The notes under the pieces: generated by a model | What the model saw: the letters and a program-made list of their open reading frames with translations, nothing else | Told to the model about the DNA's origin: nothing | Databases searched by the model: none | Shown here: piece by piece, positions 9,177-17,250 of the stretch | How positions within the stretch are numbered: the first letter of the stretch is position 1 | Layout: each line of letters opens with the position of its first letter | DNA from: a virus | DNA: 64,000 bases | Strand: one strand, 5' to 3' | IMG/VR virus record: IMGVR_UViG_3300050343_000163 | Translations under genes and position numbers: made by a program

Positions 9177-9396
9177 AGTACGCTTTGTAGTAGGCAACAA
9201 TACCAGATGTACTTGCGTTACCTTGTGATACCCAATCGTGAATGCATTCGTAAATGCTTTGGGATGAATACCTTGGTGATCCGTCTGAGCATAACTCAGG
9301 TCCAAATTTCTTGAGTAGGATATTAAGTCCTTGTGTTCTCACGTCCATTCGTTTATCACTGTAACGCCAATCAATCTGCATATCCGTCATCGTCAT
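9130..9396 (-). CDS. Conserved cyanophage hypothetical protein
   Basis: DWRYSDKRMDVR...IYECIHDWVSQG. Confidence 0.65.
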   Translation of the reverse strand: MTMTDMQIDWRYSDKRMDVRTQGLNILLKKFGPELCSDGSPRYSSQSIYECIHDWVSQGNASTSGIVAYYKAYYDPTKRPDKISKESY

Positions 9397-9553
9397 TCTC
9401 TGAGGTTAATACTCTAGCTTTTGTTTTGTTTACATGTTCGTCCCAAGGATGAACATATTTGTATGCATCCACATTTGAATACACTTCACTCTCCAATGCA
9501 TTGACCAGAGATTTGAGGTTTTTGACAATGAGTTTTAGTCTTGCTCTATCCAT
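9371..9553 (-). CDS. Conserved cyanophage hypothetical protein
   Basis: MDRARLKLIVKNLKSLVNALESEVYS...DDDGYAD; CATAAATA just upstream. Confidence 0.7.
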   Translation of the reverse strand: MDRARLKLIVKNLKSLVNALESEVYSNVDAYKYVHPWDEHVNKTKARVLTSENDDDGYAD

Positions 9554-9574
9554 ATTTATGTTACAGATAGTAGC

Positions 9575-9610
9575 ATCATAGCATAAAAAAAGAGGGGTTG
9601 CAACCCCTCT
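9575..9610 (-). promoter_or_regulatory. Intrinsic terminator with an embedded sigma70-like promoter
   Basis: Hairpin AGAGGGG-TTGCAA-CCCCTCT plus T7; TTGCAA-N17-TATGAT. Confidence 0.7.
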
Positions 9611-9618
9611 CTAGATAT

Positions 9619-9792
9619 TTACGTTAAAATTTTTCTACATATTCGTTTACAATAAGTTTGGTTTTCTAAATCGCATTCGACTAAACATTCATAGTAGTCA
9701 TCGAGCTTTTGATTTTCCACCTCCAAAGTGTCTACAGTAGTTTCTAAATGTCTCCACTGGTTAAGTTGAGATCTGGACAATAGATTGTGCAT
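9619..9792 (-). CDS. 57-aa protein with twin CX3C motif
   Basis: Manual translation MHNLLSRSQLNQW...DDYYECLVECDLENQTYCKRICRKILT; RBS GGAG. Confidence 0.7.
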   Translation of the reverse strand: MHNLLSRSQLNQWRHLETTVDTLEVENQKLDDYYECLVECDLENQTYCKRICRKILT

Positions 9793-9937
9793 TAGTTTTC
9801 TCCATGCAATAAACCATAATAAAGGGGAGAGAAGGGTTCATTTTTCCACCTCGCATAATTCTACCACTATTTATTTTTGGTACATTCAATTAAAGAAAAA
9901 TTGCAACGAATATTATTGCCTACTAGTTTATACTCAT

Positions 9938-9965
9938 AAAAAAAGAGAGGGTCAAAACCCTCTCT
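9938..9965 (-). terminator. Intrinsic terminator after the DUF4278 gene
   Basis: AGAGAGGG-TTTTGA-CCCTCTCT followed by a T-tract. Confidence 0.8.
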
Positions 9966-9980
9966 GGATAAGTAAGTTAA

Positions 9981-10148
9981 TCACTTTTTATAAAGTTGAC
10001 CACGATAGCAGAATGTGCCATGGGTCTCTTTAGATTCTACACTACCTGTATCATACTTAACACCACGATATGTAGTGTGAAGAATCTGAGCGTCGTGTAG
10101 AGCAGATCTCTTGATGATCTGCTTCTTGATTTGATTAAGTGTGTTCAT
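9981..10148 (-). CDS. DUF4278-like small protein (55 aa)
   Basis: Manual translation MNTLNQIKKQIIKRSALHDAQILHTTYRGVKYDTGSVESKETHGTFCYRGQLYKK; repeated YRG motifs; RBS GGAG. Confidence 0.75.
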   Translation of the reverse strand: MNTLNQIKKQIIKRSALHDAQILHTTYRGVKYDTGSVESKETHGTFCYRGQLYKK

Positions 10149-10183
10149 GAGTTGACTCCTGAAGAAGTAGGGTGGTTAGTCCC

Positions 10184-10365
10184 CGTTCCTTCAGTCGTTT
10201 GCGTCCCAAGGGTAGCATTCAGGGGTTGATTCCTTCATGACCTCAATCAATTCCACCTTATATTCGGGGGGAATATTCTCGTTTGTCCTCATCCGAAGCA
10301 TAACTGCATCAGCTTGAGCACATGTGAGTGATGAATAGAATAATAATTCTAGCATGGGATGAACG
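10184..10365 (-). ncRNA. Glutamine-II (Downstream-peptide)-like aptamer, copy 2, with an ORF in its loop
   Basis: CGTTCATCCC...GGGACGCAAACGACTGAAGGAACG; outer CGTTC/GAACG and CCC/GGG pairing. Confidence 0.65.
10191..10355 (-). CDS. 54-aa peptide nested in the aptamer loop
   Basis: Manual translation MLELLFYSSLTCAQADAVMLRMRTNENIPPEYKVELIEVMKESTPECYPWDAND. Confidence 0.6.
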   Translation of the reverse strand: MLELLFYSSLTCAQADAVMLRMRTNENIPPEYKVELIEVMKESTPECYPWDAND

Positions 10366-10368
10366 GCT

Positions 10369-10415
10369 CCGTTCCGCGACTTACTTGCGTCCCACCCTAA
10401 AGTGGGATGAACGAT
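10369..10415 (-). ncRNA. Glutamine-II (Downstream-peptide)-like aptamer, copy 1
   Basis: ATCGTTCATCCCAC-TTTAGG-GTGGGACGCAAGTAAGTCGCGGAACGG; starts at the predicted TSS. Confidence 0.75.
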
Positions 10416-10421
10416 GGTATA

Positions 10422-10450
10422 AGCATACCATACTATGTATGCTTTGTCAA
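10422..10450 (-). promoter_or_regulatory. Sigma70-like promoter for the riboswitch transcript
   Basis: TTGACA-N17-TATGCT. Confidence 0.75.
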
Positions 10451-10469
10451 CCTGTATTTCTTAATACAA

Positions 10470-10742
10470 TTAGTTTCCTGCTAAGTAGAATGCTTCACCC
10501 TTAGCTTTACAAACACGACGTACCTCAGCATCATAAACAGGTATACCTAATTCTCCACCTGTAATTAAATTCTTTGCAAACTCCCACGCTTCTCTGAAGC
10601 GTCTAAATTTATAAACTTGATCATATGTTTTAGCAGACACAAGCACACCATCACTTCTCCATAGTCTCATCGTATGCCACACAAGTGGATCATCAATTCG
10701 TCTATAAAAAATTGCCCAGTTTCCTGTTTGTGATGCGCTCAT
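10470..10742 (-). CDS. Conserved cyanophage hypothetical protein
   Basis: 90 aa; coupled start/stop. Confidence 0.65.
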   Translation of the reverse strand: MSASQTGNWAIFYRRIDDPLVWHTMRLWRSDGVLVSAKTYDQVYKFRRFREAWEFAKNLITGGELGIPVYDAEVRRVCKAKGEAFYLAGN

Positions 10743-10993
10743 TATTTTTTCTTTGCAGGTTTAGCGTTTGGATCTTGCCAGAGTTTAGGATTAGCTCTAC
10801 CCTCTGTTTGGTTCATACTAATCACACTATGATACTTGTCCCAGTAATGATCAAATATCTCTGATTTCTTAGCAGATATAACAATGTCATGTTGAACACC
10901 ACCTTCAGTGTTGTACTCAATAATATAAGCAGTACATGGTAGTGATGTATCATCTGCTAATTTAGGGTCGCAATTTTCGTGAAGAATATTCAT
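10742..10993 (-). CDS. Conserved cyanophage hypothetical protein
   Basis: MNILHENCDPKLADDTSLPCTAYIIEY...GRANPKLW. Confidence 0.7.
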   Translation of the reverse strand: MNILHENCDPKLADDTSLPCTAYIIEYNTEGGVQHDIVISAKKSEIFDHYWDKYHSVISMNQTEGRANPKLWQDPNAKPAKKK

Positions 10994-10999
10994 TAGTAA

Positions 11000-11431
11000 T
11001 TAACTACGGTTTCCCCATTCGATCTGGGGGAAGGCTTCTTCGACACACTGTTTAGTAATTTTCCAGCGTTTGCCGATTTTCCTGTCCTTCATCAGACATA
11101 ATACCTCAGCTTCGCCTTTATGTAAACCCTCTAGCAGTTGAATGAATAGGTTTTCTCTACGAGTCTGAGAGACGCTTGCACCGCCCTTGAAGAAGAGATA
11201 GAGTTTACGATACTCATGTGTAAGTTTCGTATGTTCTGTCTCTTCAGGCGCTTCATTCTCCTTGTAGGGAACGTTCCCTTCAGGGAGCATAGAGATTACA
11301 CTCTCGTCAAAGTTAGCAATCAGAATTTGTCTGAGTGCTGGTGTATTATATTCCTGTAACAGTTTAATTTTTTGTGCTTTGGTCTTAGCATTGCTGACCT
11401 TTTGCAGCACTTCATTGAGTAATAATTTCAT
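11000..11431 (-). CDS. Conserved T4-like phage hypothetical protein
   Basis: MKLLLNEVLQKVSNAKTKAQKIKLLQ...RRENLFIQLLEGLH. Confidence 0.75.
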   Translation of the reverse strand: MKLLLNEVLQKVSNAKTKAQKIKLLQEYNTPALRQILIANFDESVISMLPEGNVPYKENEAPEETEHTKLTHEYRKLYLFFKGGASVSQTRRENLFIQLLEGLHKGEAEVLCLMKDRKIGKRWKITKQCVEEAFPQIEWGNRS

Positions 11432-11457
11432 GACTATTGGTATACCTTAATTATTAT

Positions 11458-11688
11458 TTATTCTTCCTCCAATTCCTCTTCATTTAAAAAGCGAACAGAG
11501 AGTAGTTCTTCATTGATCCATTGTCCTTGACTATCATACATTTCTGGGTGGAGGTTTTCATTTTCTGTTTCTCTAACGTAGAGATACTCATGCATCTTTT
11601 CATTTACTGTCCAACCAGCAAAGACACCGACACATAGAAATACAAATGATGCTGTTGCTGAGAAATAAACGAATAAAATTTCTGTCAT
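11458..11688 (-). CDS. Small membrane protein with HPEM motif
   Basis: N-terminal TM helix followed by LHPEMYDSQG. Confidence 0.65.
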   Translation of the reverse strand: MTEILFVYFSATASFVFLCVGVFAGWTVNEKMHEYLYVRETENENLHPEMYDSQGQWINEELLSVRFLNEEELEEE

Positions 11689-11703
11689 TGTTCAACTCCG
11701 AAC

Positions 11704-11868
11704 TTAAGTTTCTTTTTTGTCCCACTTAAATTCAAAGTTGAAATAAACTTCTCGTTTTAAGAGGGAAAACGCCTTCGTAATAATAAATCCCTTACGGGGT
11801 AGCATTTCTTTTTGTTTTGCCCTCCTGAGCATGAGCTCTATGCCTTTATTTATTTTAAGTTCTTTCAT
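11704..11868 (-). CDS. Hypothetical protein (54 aa)
   Basis: Manual translation MKELKINKGIELMLRRAKQKEMLPRKGFIITKAFSLLKREVYFNFEFKWDKKET. Confidence 0.55.
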   Translation of the reverse strand: MKELKINKGIELMLRRAKQKEMLPRKGFIITKAFSLLKREVYFNFEFKWDKKET

Positions 11869-12125
11869 TTTTTGGATGTGGTAACCAATCCATCTGCAAG
11901 AAACTTTTTAGCGAGTGGAACTAATCCACCAATGTATTCCCCATCAATAAAAACAACAGGAAATCCTTGTACATCTGGATAGTCAATATGAAACTGATCT
12001 TGTTCTTCTTGAGGAAGATCAGACCAAAGAATTTCATTGTAATCTGTAATATTTGCTCTACTCAATAGCTCTTTAGTTCTAGAACACCAAGTACAACCAG
12101 TAGAGGTATAGATTTTAATATTCAT
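11865..12125 (-). CDS. Glutaredoxin-like protein
   Basis: MNIKIYTSTGCTWC...GFPVVFIDGEYIGG; CXXC. Confidence 0.88.
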   Translation of the reverse strand: MNIKIYTSTGCTWCSRTKELLSRANITDYNEILWSDLPQEEQDQFHIDYPDVQGFPVVFIDGEYIGGLVPLAKKFLADGLVTTSKK

Positions 12126-12144
12126 ATGGTTTAATTCTATGTAT

Positions 12145-12170
12145 AAAAAAATGGGGCGTTTCCACCCCAT
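12145..12170 (-). terminator. Intrinsic terminator downstream of the psbD unit
   Basis: ATGGGGTG-GAAA-CGCCCCAT plus T7. Confidence 0.8.
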
Positions 12171-12230
12171 CATATCATATCTTTAAGAGGTGGTCAATCA
12201 TGAAGCGATTAGAGTTAGTTAATCGCTTCA

Positions 12231-12476
12231 TCATGCTTCCTGTAGAGACTGAACTGTGTTGTGAAGTTCTCCAATATCACGGAGACCTTCAGCACTGAAC
12301 CATGGAGCATTCGCCCAACTAAATCCTTCACCCATGGTGCTATCAGGTGCTGTGATATACCAATGACAAGCTGTGTCTGGTACATCAACCGCACACTTAG
12401 ACCAATCATCCTGCCACTGTGGGACTTGCACCCACATCAATGCAGCAAACATAAAAGTGAAGAGAGATTTAATCAT
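12231..12476 (-). CDS. Conserved picocyanobacterial/cyanophage small protein
   Basis: [27 protein letters not shown]; ATGA overlap with psbD. Confidence 0.7.
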   Translation of the reverse strand: MIKSLFTFMFAALMWVQVPQWQDDWSKCAVDVPDTACHWYITAPDSTMGEGFSWANAPWFSAEGLRDIGELHNTVQSLQEA

Positions 12477-13528
12477 AGTGCGTTACCTCTAGGTAGAACT
12501 TCTTCTGGGAATACAAAGTTCTCATGTGGTTGGTCAGCAGGTGCCATCCAAGCACGGAGTCCTTCATTCAGGAGGATATTCTTGGTGTAGAAGGTCTCGA
12601 ATTCAGGATCCTCCGCTGCACGAATCTCTTGAGATACAAAGTCGTAAGCACGTAGATTAAGAGCGAGTCCAATAATACCGATAGAAGCAGTCCAGAGACC
12701 CATGACGGGCACGAAGAGCATAAAGAAATGCAACCAACGCTTGTTACTAAAAGCAATACCGAAGATCTGTGACCAGAAACGGTTCGCAGTAACCATCGAG
12801 TAAGTCTCCTCCTCTTGTGTAGAGTCGAAAGCTTTGAAAGTGTTTGCTTGATCCCCATCTTCATAGAGAGTATTCTCCACAGTTACGCCATGAATAGCAG
12901 ATAACAATGCTCCACCTAGGATACCTGCAACACCCATCATATGGAAAGGGTTGAGCGTCCAGTTATGGAAACCCTGTAGGAAGAGTAGGAATCTAAATAT
13001 CGCAGCAACACCAAACGACGGTGCAAAGAACCAACTGGACTGTCCGAGAGGATAGATGAGAAACACACTGACAAAAACAGCGACAGGCCCAGAGAACGCA
13101 ATAGCATTGTATGGTCTAATTCCTACGAGACGACTAATTTCAAACTGTCGAAGCATGAAACCAATGAGGGCGAAGCAACCGTGGAGAGCCACAAAAGCCC
13201 AGAGTCCCCCAAGTTGGACCCACCTGACGAAATCCCCCTGAGATTCAGGACCCCAAAGTAGCAGAAGAGAATGACCCATAGCGTCAGCAGGCGTCGAGAC
13301 AGCTGACGTAAGAAAATTAGCACCCTCAAGATAAGAAGTAGCAAGCCCGTGGGTGTACCAGCTCGTGACAAAAGTTGTGCCAGTAAGCCAACCGCCAATG
13401 GCAAGATAAGCAGTGGGAAGAAGAAGTAGTCCAGACCAACCAATAAAGACAAAGCGATCTCGTTTAAGCCAGTCATCAAGGACATCGAACCACCCCCTCT
13501 GTTGTTGTTGTAATGTAGCAGTCGTCAT
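12473..13528 (-). CDS. psbD: Photosystem II D2 protein
   Basis: 351 aa; [14 protein letters not shown] ... [12 protein letters not shown]. Confidence 0.99.
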   Translation of the reverse strand: MTTATLQQQQRGWFDVLDDWLKRDRFVFIGWSGLLLLPTAYLAIGGWLTGTTFVTSWYTHGLATSYLEGANFLTSAVSTPADAMGHSLLLLWGPESQGDFVRWVQLGGLWAFVALHGCFALIGFMLRQFEISRLVGIRPYNAIAFSGPVAVFVSVFLIYPLGQSSWFFAPSFGVAAIFRFLLFLQGFHNWTLNPFHMMGVAGILGGALLSAIHGVTVENTLYEDGDQANTFKAFDSTQEEETYSMVTANRFWSQIFGIAFSNKRWLHFFMLFVPVMGLWTASIGIIGLALNLRAYDFVSQEIRAAEDPEFETFYTKNILLNEGLRAWMAPADQPHENFVFPEEVLPRGNAL

Positions 13529-13539
13529 TGTTATTTACC

Positions 13540-13761
13540 TTAGTTGTTAAGTTCCAAATAGAATTTTGTTTGATCACTGGGTGCATTTTCGTAGAATGAA
13601 ATGTCACCATAAGTTTTGTGGTCTTTGTAACCAACCATACGACCTTTGGTATTTTGGATAGCACCCATCATAGCTATGATGAGGAAGATCGTAGGAGGAC
13701 CGAGGATAAGAGCACCACCGATCACATAGTAAGTGAGCAATTCGATTAGATCAGTAGACAT
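13540..13761 (-). CDS. Small membrane protein between psbA and psbD
   Basis: One TM helix followed by GRMVGYKDHKTYG. Confidence 0.65.
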   Translation of the reverse strand: MSTDLIELLTYYVIGGALILGPPTIFLIIAMMGAIQNTKGRMVGYKDHKTYGDISFYENAPSDQTKFYLELNN

Positions 13762-13781
13762 AAAACTTTACAGTAATGAGC

Positions 13782-13812
13782 AAAAGAAAAGGGGTCTCGA
13801 AAGACCCCTTTA
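13782..13812 (-). terminator. Intrinsic terminator after psbA
   Basis: AAGGGGTCT-TTCG-AGACCCCTT plus T-tract. Confidence 0.85.
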
Positions 13813-13832
13813 TCATACCACAGGTTGAGTGA

Positions 13833-14912
13833 TCAACCGATAGAAGGTGCGATGAGTGCAACAGGAGTTGACTCAGCAGCTGCTAGATCCAGTGGGAAGT
13901 TGTGAGCGTTACGCTCGTGCATAACTTCCATACCAAGACCTGCTCTGTTCAATACGTCCGCCCAAGTAGGGAGAACTCTACCATTTGCATCCAAGATGGA
14001 CTGGTTGAAGTTGAAACCGTTGAGGTTGAATGCCATGGTGCTAACACCAAGAGCAGTGAACCAGATTCCGACTACAGGCCATGCTGCTAGGAAGAAGTGG
14101 AGTGAACGTGAGTTGTTGAACGATGCATATTGGAAGATCAAACGACCGAAGTACCCGTGGGCAGCGACGATGTTATATGTTTCTTCTTCTTGACCGAACT
14201 TATAACCATAATTCTGGGACTCAGTTTCTGTTGTCTCTCTGACGAGACTAGAAGTAACCAAAGATCCGTGCATAGCAGAGAAAAGAGATCCACCGAATAC
14301 CCCAGCAACACCGAGCATGTGGAACGGGTGCATAAGAATATTGTGTTCTGCCTGGAAGACGAACATATAGTTAAAAGTACCAGAAATACCAAGAGGCATA
14401 GCATCAGAAAAACTCCCCTGACCGAAAGGATATACTAAGAATACTGCGAACGCTGCAGCGACTGGTGCAGAGTATGCAACACAGATCCATGGACGCATAC
14501 CTAAACGATATGAGAGTTCCCACTCACGACCCATGTAGCAAGTAATGCCAATGAGGAAGTGGAAGATTACCAATTGAAATGGACCACCGTTATACAACCA
14601 CTCATCGAGTGATGCAGCTTCCCAGATTGGGTAGAAGTGAAGACCAATTGCGTTGGAGGAGGGCACAACAGCACCAGAAATGATGTTGTTGCCATACATG
14701 AGTGAACCAGCTACGGGTTCACGGATCCCGTCAATATCGACAGGAGGTGCCGCTACGAAAGCGACGATAAAACAGATGGTTGCCGCCAACAGAGTTGGGA
14801 TCATCAGTACACCAAACCAACCAACATATAAACGGTTGCTGGTGGAGGTTACCCACTCGCAGAATAATTCCCACGAAGAGGTTGATTGTTGTTGCCTTGA
14901 AAGAGTTGACAT
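13833..14912 (-). CDS. psbA: Photosystem II D1 protein (E130 type), uninterrupted
   Basis: 359 aa; [35 protein letters not shown]. Confidence 0.99.
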   Translation of the reverse strand: MSTLSRQQQSTSSWELFCEWVTSTSNRLYVGWFGVLMIPTLLAATICFIVAFVAAPPVDIDGIREPVAGSLMYGNNIISGAVVPSSNAIGLHFYPIWEAASLDEWLYNGGPFQLVIFHFLIGITCYMGREWELSYRLGMRPWICVAYSAPVAAAFAVFLVYPFGQGSFSDAMPLGISGTFNYMFVFQAEHNILMHPFHMLGVAGVFGGSLFSAMHGSLVTSSLVRETTETESQNYGYKFGQEEETYNIVAAHGYFGRLIFQYASFNNSRSLHFFLAAWPVVGIWFTALGVSTMAFNLNGFNFNQSILDANGRVLPTWADVLNRAGLGMEVMHERNAHNFPLDLAAAESTPVALIAPSIG

Positions 14913-14924
14913 TTGAAAAAGGGT

Positions 14925-15030
14925 AAGTATTAGTGCAGGGAAACACTGATAATATATTCCTGTTGCACCCTCAGCAGCAGGTATGAAAGACTGTTGTTTA
15001 ATGACGCTGTTTAGTCTTGGTAAGGCGTCG
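14925..15030 (-). ncRNA. PhotoRC-II-like structured psbA leader
   Basis: AGACT...AGTCT stem, TTTCATACCTG...GAGGG...CAGGAATA elements directly 5' of psbA; recalled similarity, not computed. Confidence 0.6.
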
Positions 15031-15078
15031 TAAGTATCTATGTTAGGAAAGCAAGATGCTTCGTAACATTTGTTTACC

Positions 15079-15112
15079 TATTTATAGTAACACGGTTCGG
15101 GAAACCAGTCAA
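15079..15112 (-). promoter_or_regulatory. Overlapping sigma70-like and late promoters for psbA
   Basis: TTGACT-N17-TACTAT overlapping TATAAATA. Confidence 0.75.
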
Positions 15113-15243
15113 CCCCTAAAAGATGAGTATTTGTGCTTATTTCTGAGGGGGTGCTTAGGGACCTTGTGCTTTGGGTTTCTTTTAAAGTCTCGTTTGAGAT
15201 CCTTGAGAAACTTGAGATGCTTTTTAATTTCAGAACGATGCAT
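15109..15243 (-). CDS. Highly basic small protein (44 aa)
   Basis: Manual translation MHRSEIKKHLKFLKDLKRDFKRNPKHKVPKHPLRNKHKYSSFRG. Confidence 0.5.
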   Translation of the reverse strand: MHRSEIKKHLKFLKDLKRDFKRNPKHKVPKHPLRNKHKYSSFRG

Positions 15244-15415
15244 CTTCAGCACTGTACTCAGTATAGCATGGTTGTATCTCCCAGCGTGACCAATCTATTT
15301 GTTTTTCTGATAACATTTGTTCTAATTCGTCTATTGTTAAGTCGTGTTTGATAACTTCGTTCGTTCCTTTTTTGTATATGTGGAAAGTAATGGTCTTCAT
15401 ATGAAGCAAGTCCAA
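15230..15415 (-). CDS. Hypothetical protein
   Basis: FHIYKKG...HDLTIDELEQML. Confidence 0.6.
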   Translation of the reverse strand: MDLLHMKTITFHIYKKGTNEVIKHDLTIDELEQMLSEKQIDWSRWEIQPCYTEYSAEDASF

Positions 15416-15954
15416 CCCGTTGCAATGTATTTCGTTTTGGTCTTACTAGTTATACCACGATGACAGTGTGTCCAATAAACTGGCCATATAACTAACCTGC
15501 CTTCAATACAATCTGTTGTTAGATCATAGCTAGTGAATAATGTTCCGCCATCTTCAACAGTGTTTAAGTAGAACATCCATGCCAAGACAGTAGTGTCTTC
15601 CTTTGTACTATGTTCACAATGGACATCTTTATATCCTTGCTTTGGATGATACCTTTGTATGTTGAAATCATTCTGTGGTGCCCATGGTGCTACCTTACAA
15701 CAATCCTTATGGGTCTTTACATATTTTTTAGTATTATCATAAAGACTATTGTGAATCATCTTTGTTATCTCATTCTCATATGAAAACAAAAGAAATATAT
15801 CTGTACTATCCTTTTTAGCTATGTCTACTTTAAAAGTATCAGCTGATCCAACAACGCCACGCTTTTTTTCATCGGATGATTCAAAGTAATCAATGATTCT
15901 TTTGCATTGATCAGAACTCAAAGCATTATCATATACCTCAATAAAATTTTTCAT
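15397..15954 (-). CDS. 2OG-Fe(II) oxygenase
   Basis: HCE...WMFYLNTVEDGGT...VIWP..WTHCHRG...KYIATGW. Confidence 0.9.
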   Translation of the reverse strand: MKNFIEVYDNALSSDQCKRIIDYFESSDEKKRGVVGSADTFKVDIAKKDSTDIFLLFSYENEITKMIHNSLYDNTKKYVKTHKDCCKVAPWAPQNDFNIQRYHPKQGYKDVHCEHSTKEDTTVLAWMFYLNTVEDGGTLFTSYDLTTDCIEGRLVIWPVYWTHCHRGITSKTKTKYIATGWTCFI

Positions 15955-15979
15955 AAAAAAAGAGGGGGTGTTCCCCTCT
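15955..15979 (-). terminator. Intrinsic terminator after the hli cluster
   Basis: AGAGGGG-AACAC-CCCCTCT plus T-tract. Confidence 0.75.
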
Positions 15980-15989
15980 AATTATATCA

Positions 15990-16163
15990 CTAAGATGGTG
16001 ATGGTGCAAATACAGGAGTCATAAGTCCTCCATCACTACCGTCATCATCATCATCTTGGTTTGCTAAACGTAGGAATAATTCAATCGCAACTAAACATGC
16101 CATAGGGTAAAGACACCATAATATAGCTTTCCAATATGGATATGATTCTGTTACTAGTTCCAT
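15990..16163 (-). CDS. Small membrane protein with poly-Asp tail (57 aa)
   Basis: Manual translation MELVTESYPYWKAILWCLYPMACLVAIELFLRLANQDDDDDGSDGGLMTPVFAPSPS. Confidence 0.65.
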   Translation of the reverse strand: MELVTESYPYWKAILWCLYPMACLVAIELFLRLANQDDDDDGSDGGLMTPVFAPSPS

Positions 16164-16252
16164 TAAATTATTGCCGTTGTAAGTGTACTAGTCCCCAGTG
16201 CCAACATAAAGATGTATGGCACTATCTTAAGGGGCACTGGGTGTCTATTCAT
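16163..16252 (-). CDS. 29-aa hydrophobic peptide
   Basis: MNRHPVPLKIVPYIFMLALGTSTLTTAII; TAATG-type coupling on both sides. Confidence 0.5.
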   Translation of the reverse strand: MNRHPVPLKIVPYIFMLALGTSTLTTAII

Positions 16253-16359
16253 TAGAAAATGCCAGGAATAATCTGACCAGTGGTTGCATATGCGCCAACT
16301 GCTGCTACGAAACCTAGCATTGCTGCCCAACCGTTAAACTTTTCTGCTTCTGGAGTCAT
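16252..16359 (-). CDS. hli: High-light inducible protein (35 aa)
   Basis: MTPEAEKFNGWAAMLGFVAAVGAYATTGQIIPGIF. Confidence 0.93.
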   Translation of the reverse strand: MTPEAEKFNGWAAMLGFVAAVGAYATTGQIIPGIF

Positions 16360-16407
16360 GATAGTGTACCTATTGTGTGTTAATTGTGTGTTGTTTTGTG
16401 TATTGAA

Positions 16408-16608
16408 TCAGAACCCTAGGATTCCGAAGAAAAAGAAGCTTCCTGATGTTACATAAGAAATAATGCCAGCAACAAACCCGATCATAGCTAGACGACCATT
16501 GAGTTTTTCAGCATTAGGACCATATCCATCATAGTTGTCAACATAGGACATGGAAGGTTCCTGTGCAAACATGTTAGTGCGTCCGCCGTCTTCAGTTGTT
16601 ACAGTCAT
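16408..16608 (-). CDS. hli: High-light inducible protein (66 aa)
   Basis: AEKLNGRLAMIGF chlorophyll-binding motif. Confidence 0.93.
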   Translation of the reverse strand: MTVTTEDGGRTNMFAQEPSMSYVDNYDGYGPNAEKLNGRLAMIGFVAGIISYVTSGSFFFFGILGF

Positions 16609-16635
16609 TTATCTTTTGTAAAGAAATACTACAAT

Positions 16636-16664
16636 ACTATATAGCAAACATTAAGGTTTGTCAA
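16636..16664 (-). promoter_or_regulatory. Sigma70-like promoter for the hli genes
   Basis: TTGACA-N17-TATAGT. Confidence 0.8.
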
Positions 16665-16710
16665 GCCCCTATGAAAATTAATATTGCTTATTGCGAACAT
16701 AAGTTGGTTT

Positions 16711-16718
16711 GATAAATA
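16711..16718 (+). promoter_or_regulatory. Late promoter for the plus-strand secreted-protein operon
   Basis: GATAAATA 27 nt upstream of ATG 16745. Confidence 0.55.
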
Positions 16719-16744
16719 AATATAGATCCAAAATTTTATACGTT

Positions 16745-17239
16745 ATGAAGAAATTACTTCCTATCGTGATGTTATTGATGACCGCCAGTGCTGCACAAGC
16801 AGGTGGACTTATTACTAAGCACGCTTCAAGTGTGCAACTTACAGTTGATGCCGCAAGATCAACAGCTTCAAGAATTGGTTCTTCATTTAGTATTAATGGT
16901 TCAAACATTGATACTACGGATGGTACTACAGCAGGCACAGTGTCTGCTGGCACTATTACTTCTGGAGTATATGCTCCTGGTACTATTGCTGCTACTCAAG
17001 ACACAGCAGGCGCTGCTTTCTCATTTAGTCAGTCATATACACAGGCTGATGCGGTCCCAACTGGTGCTCCTACAGTAGGTGAAGTTCCAAACTTCTCTAG
17101 TGTTGTTTCTTATAGTGCTGGATCAGCAGGATCATTAGCTGGAACTATCACTAGTGGAAATGTTATCGGAATTACAGCTGGTGGGGCTGGCACTACTGCT
17201 ACGGGACAATTTGTTTCTGAGATTACTGTCATTGACTAG
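16745..17239 (+). CDS. Secreted Ser/Thr/Gly/Ala-rich protein
   Basis: Signal peptide MKKLLPIVMLLMTASAAQA; beta-rich low-complexity body. Confidence 0.75.
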   Translation: MKKLLPIVMLLMTASAAQAGGLITKHASSVQLTVDAARSTASRIGSSFSINGSNIDTTDGTTAGTVSAGTITSGVYAPGTIAATQDTAGAAFSFSQSYTQADAVPTGAPTVGEVPNFSSVVSYSAGSAGSLAGTITSGNVIGITAGGAGTTATGQFVSEITVID

Positions 17240-17250
17240 GAGTATCAAAG

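Noticed and set aside
15060-15080. NtcA (GTA-N8-TAC) or HLR1 site upstream of psbA
   Set aside because: Spacing is GTA-N9-TAC and the direct-repeat spacing does not fit HLR1.
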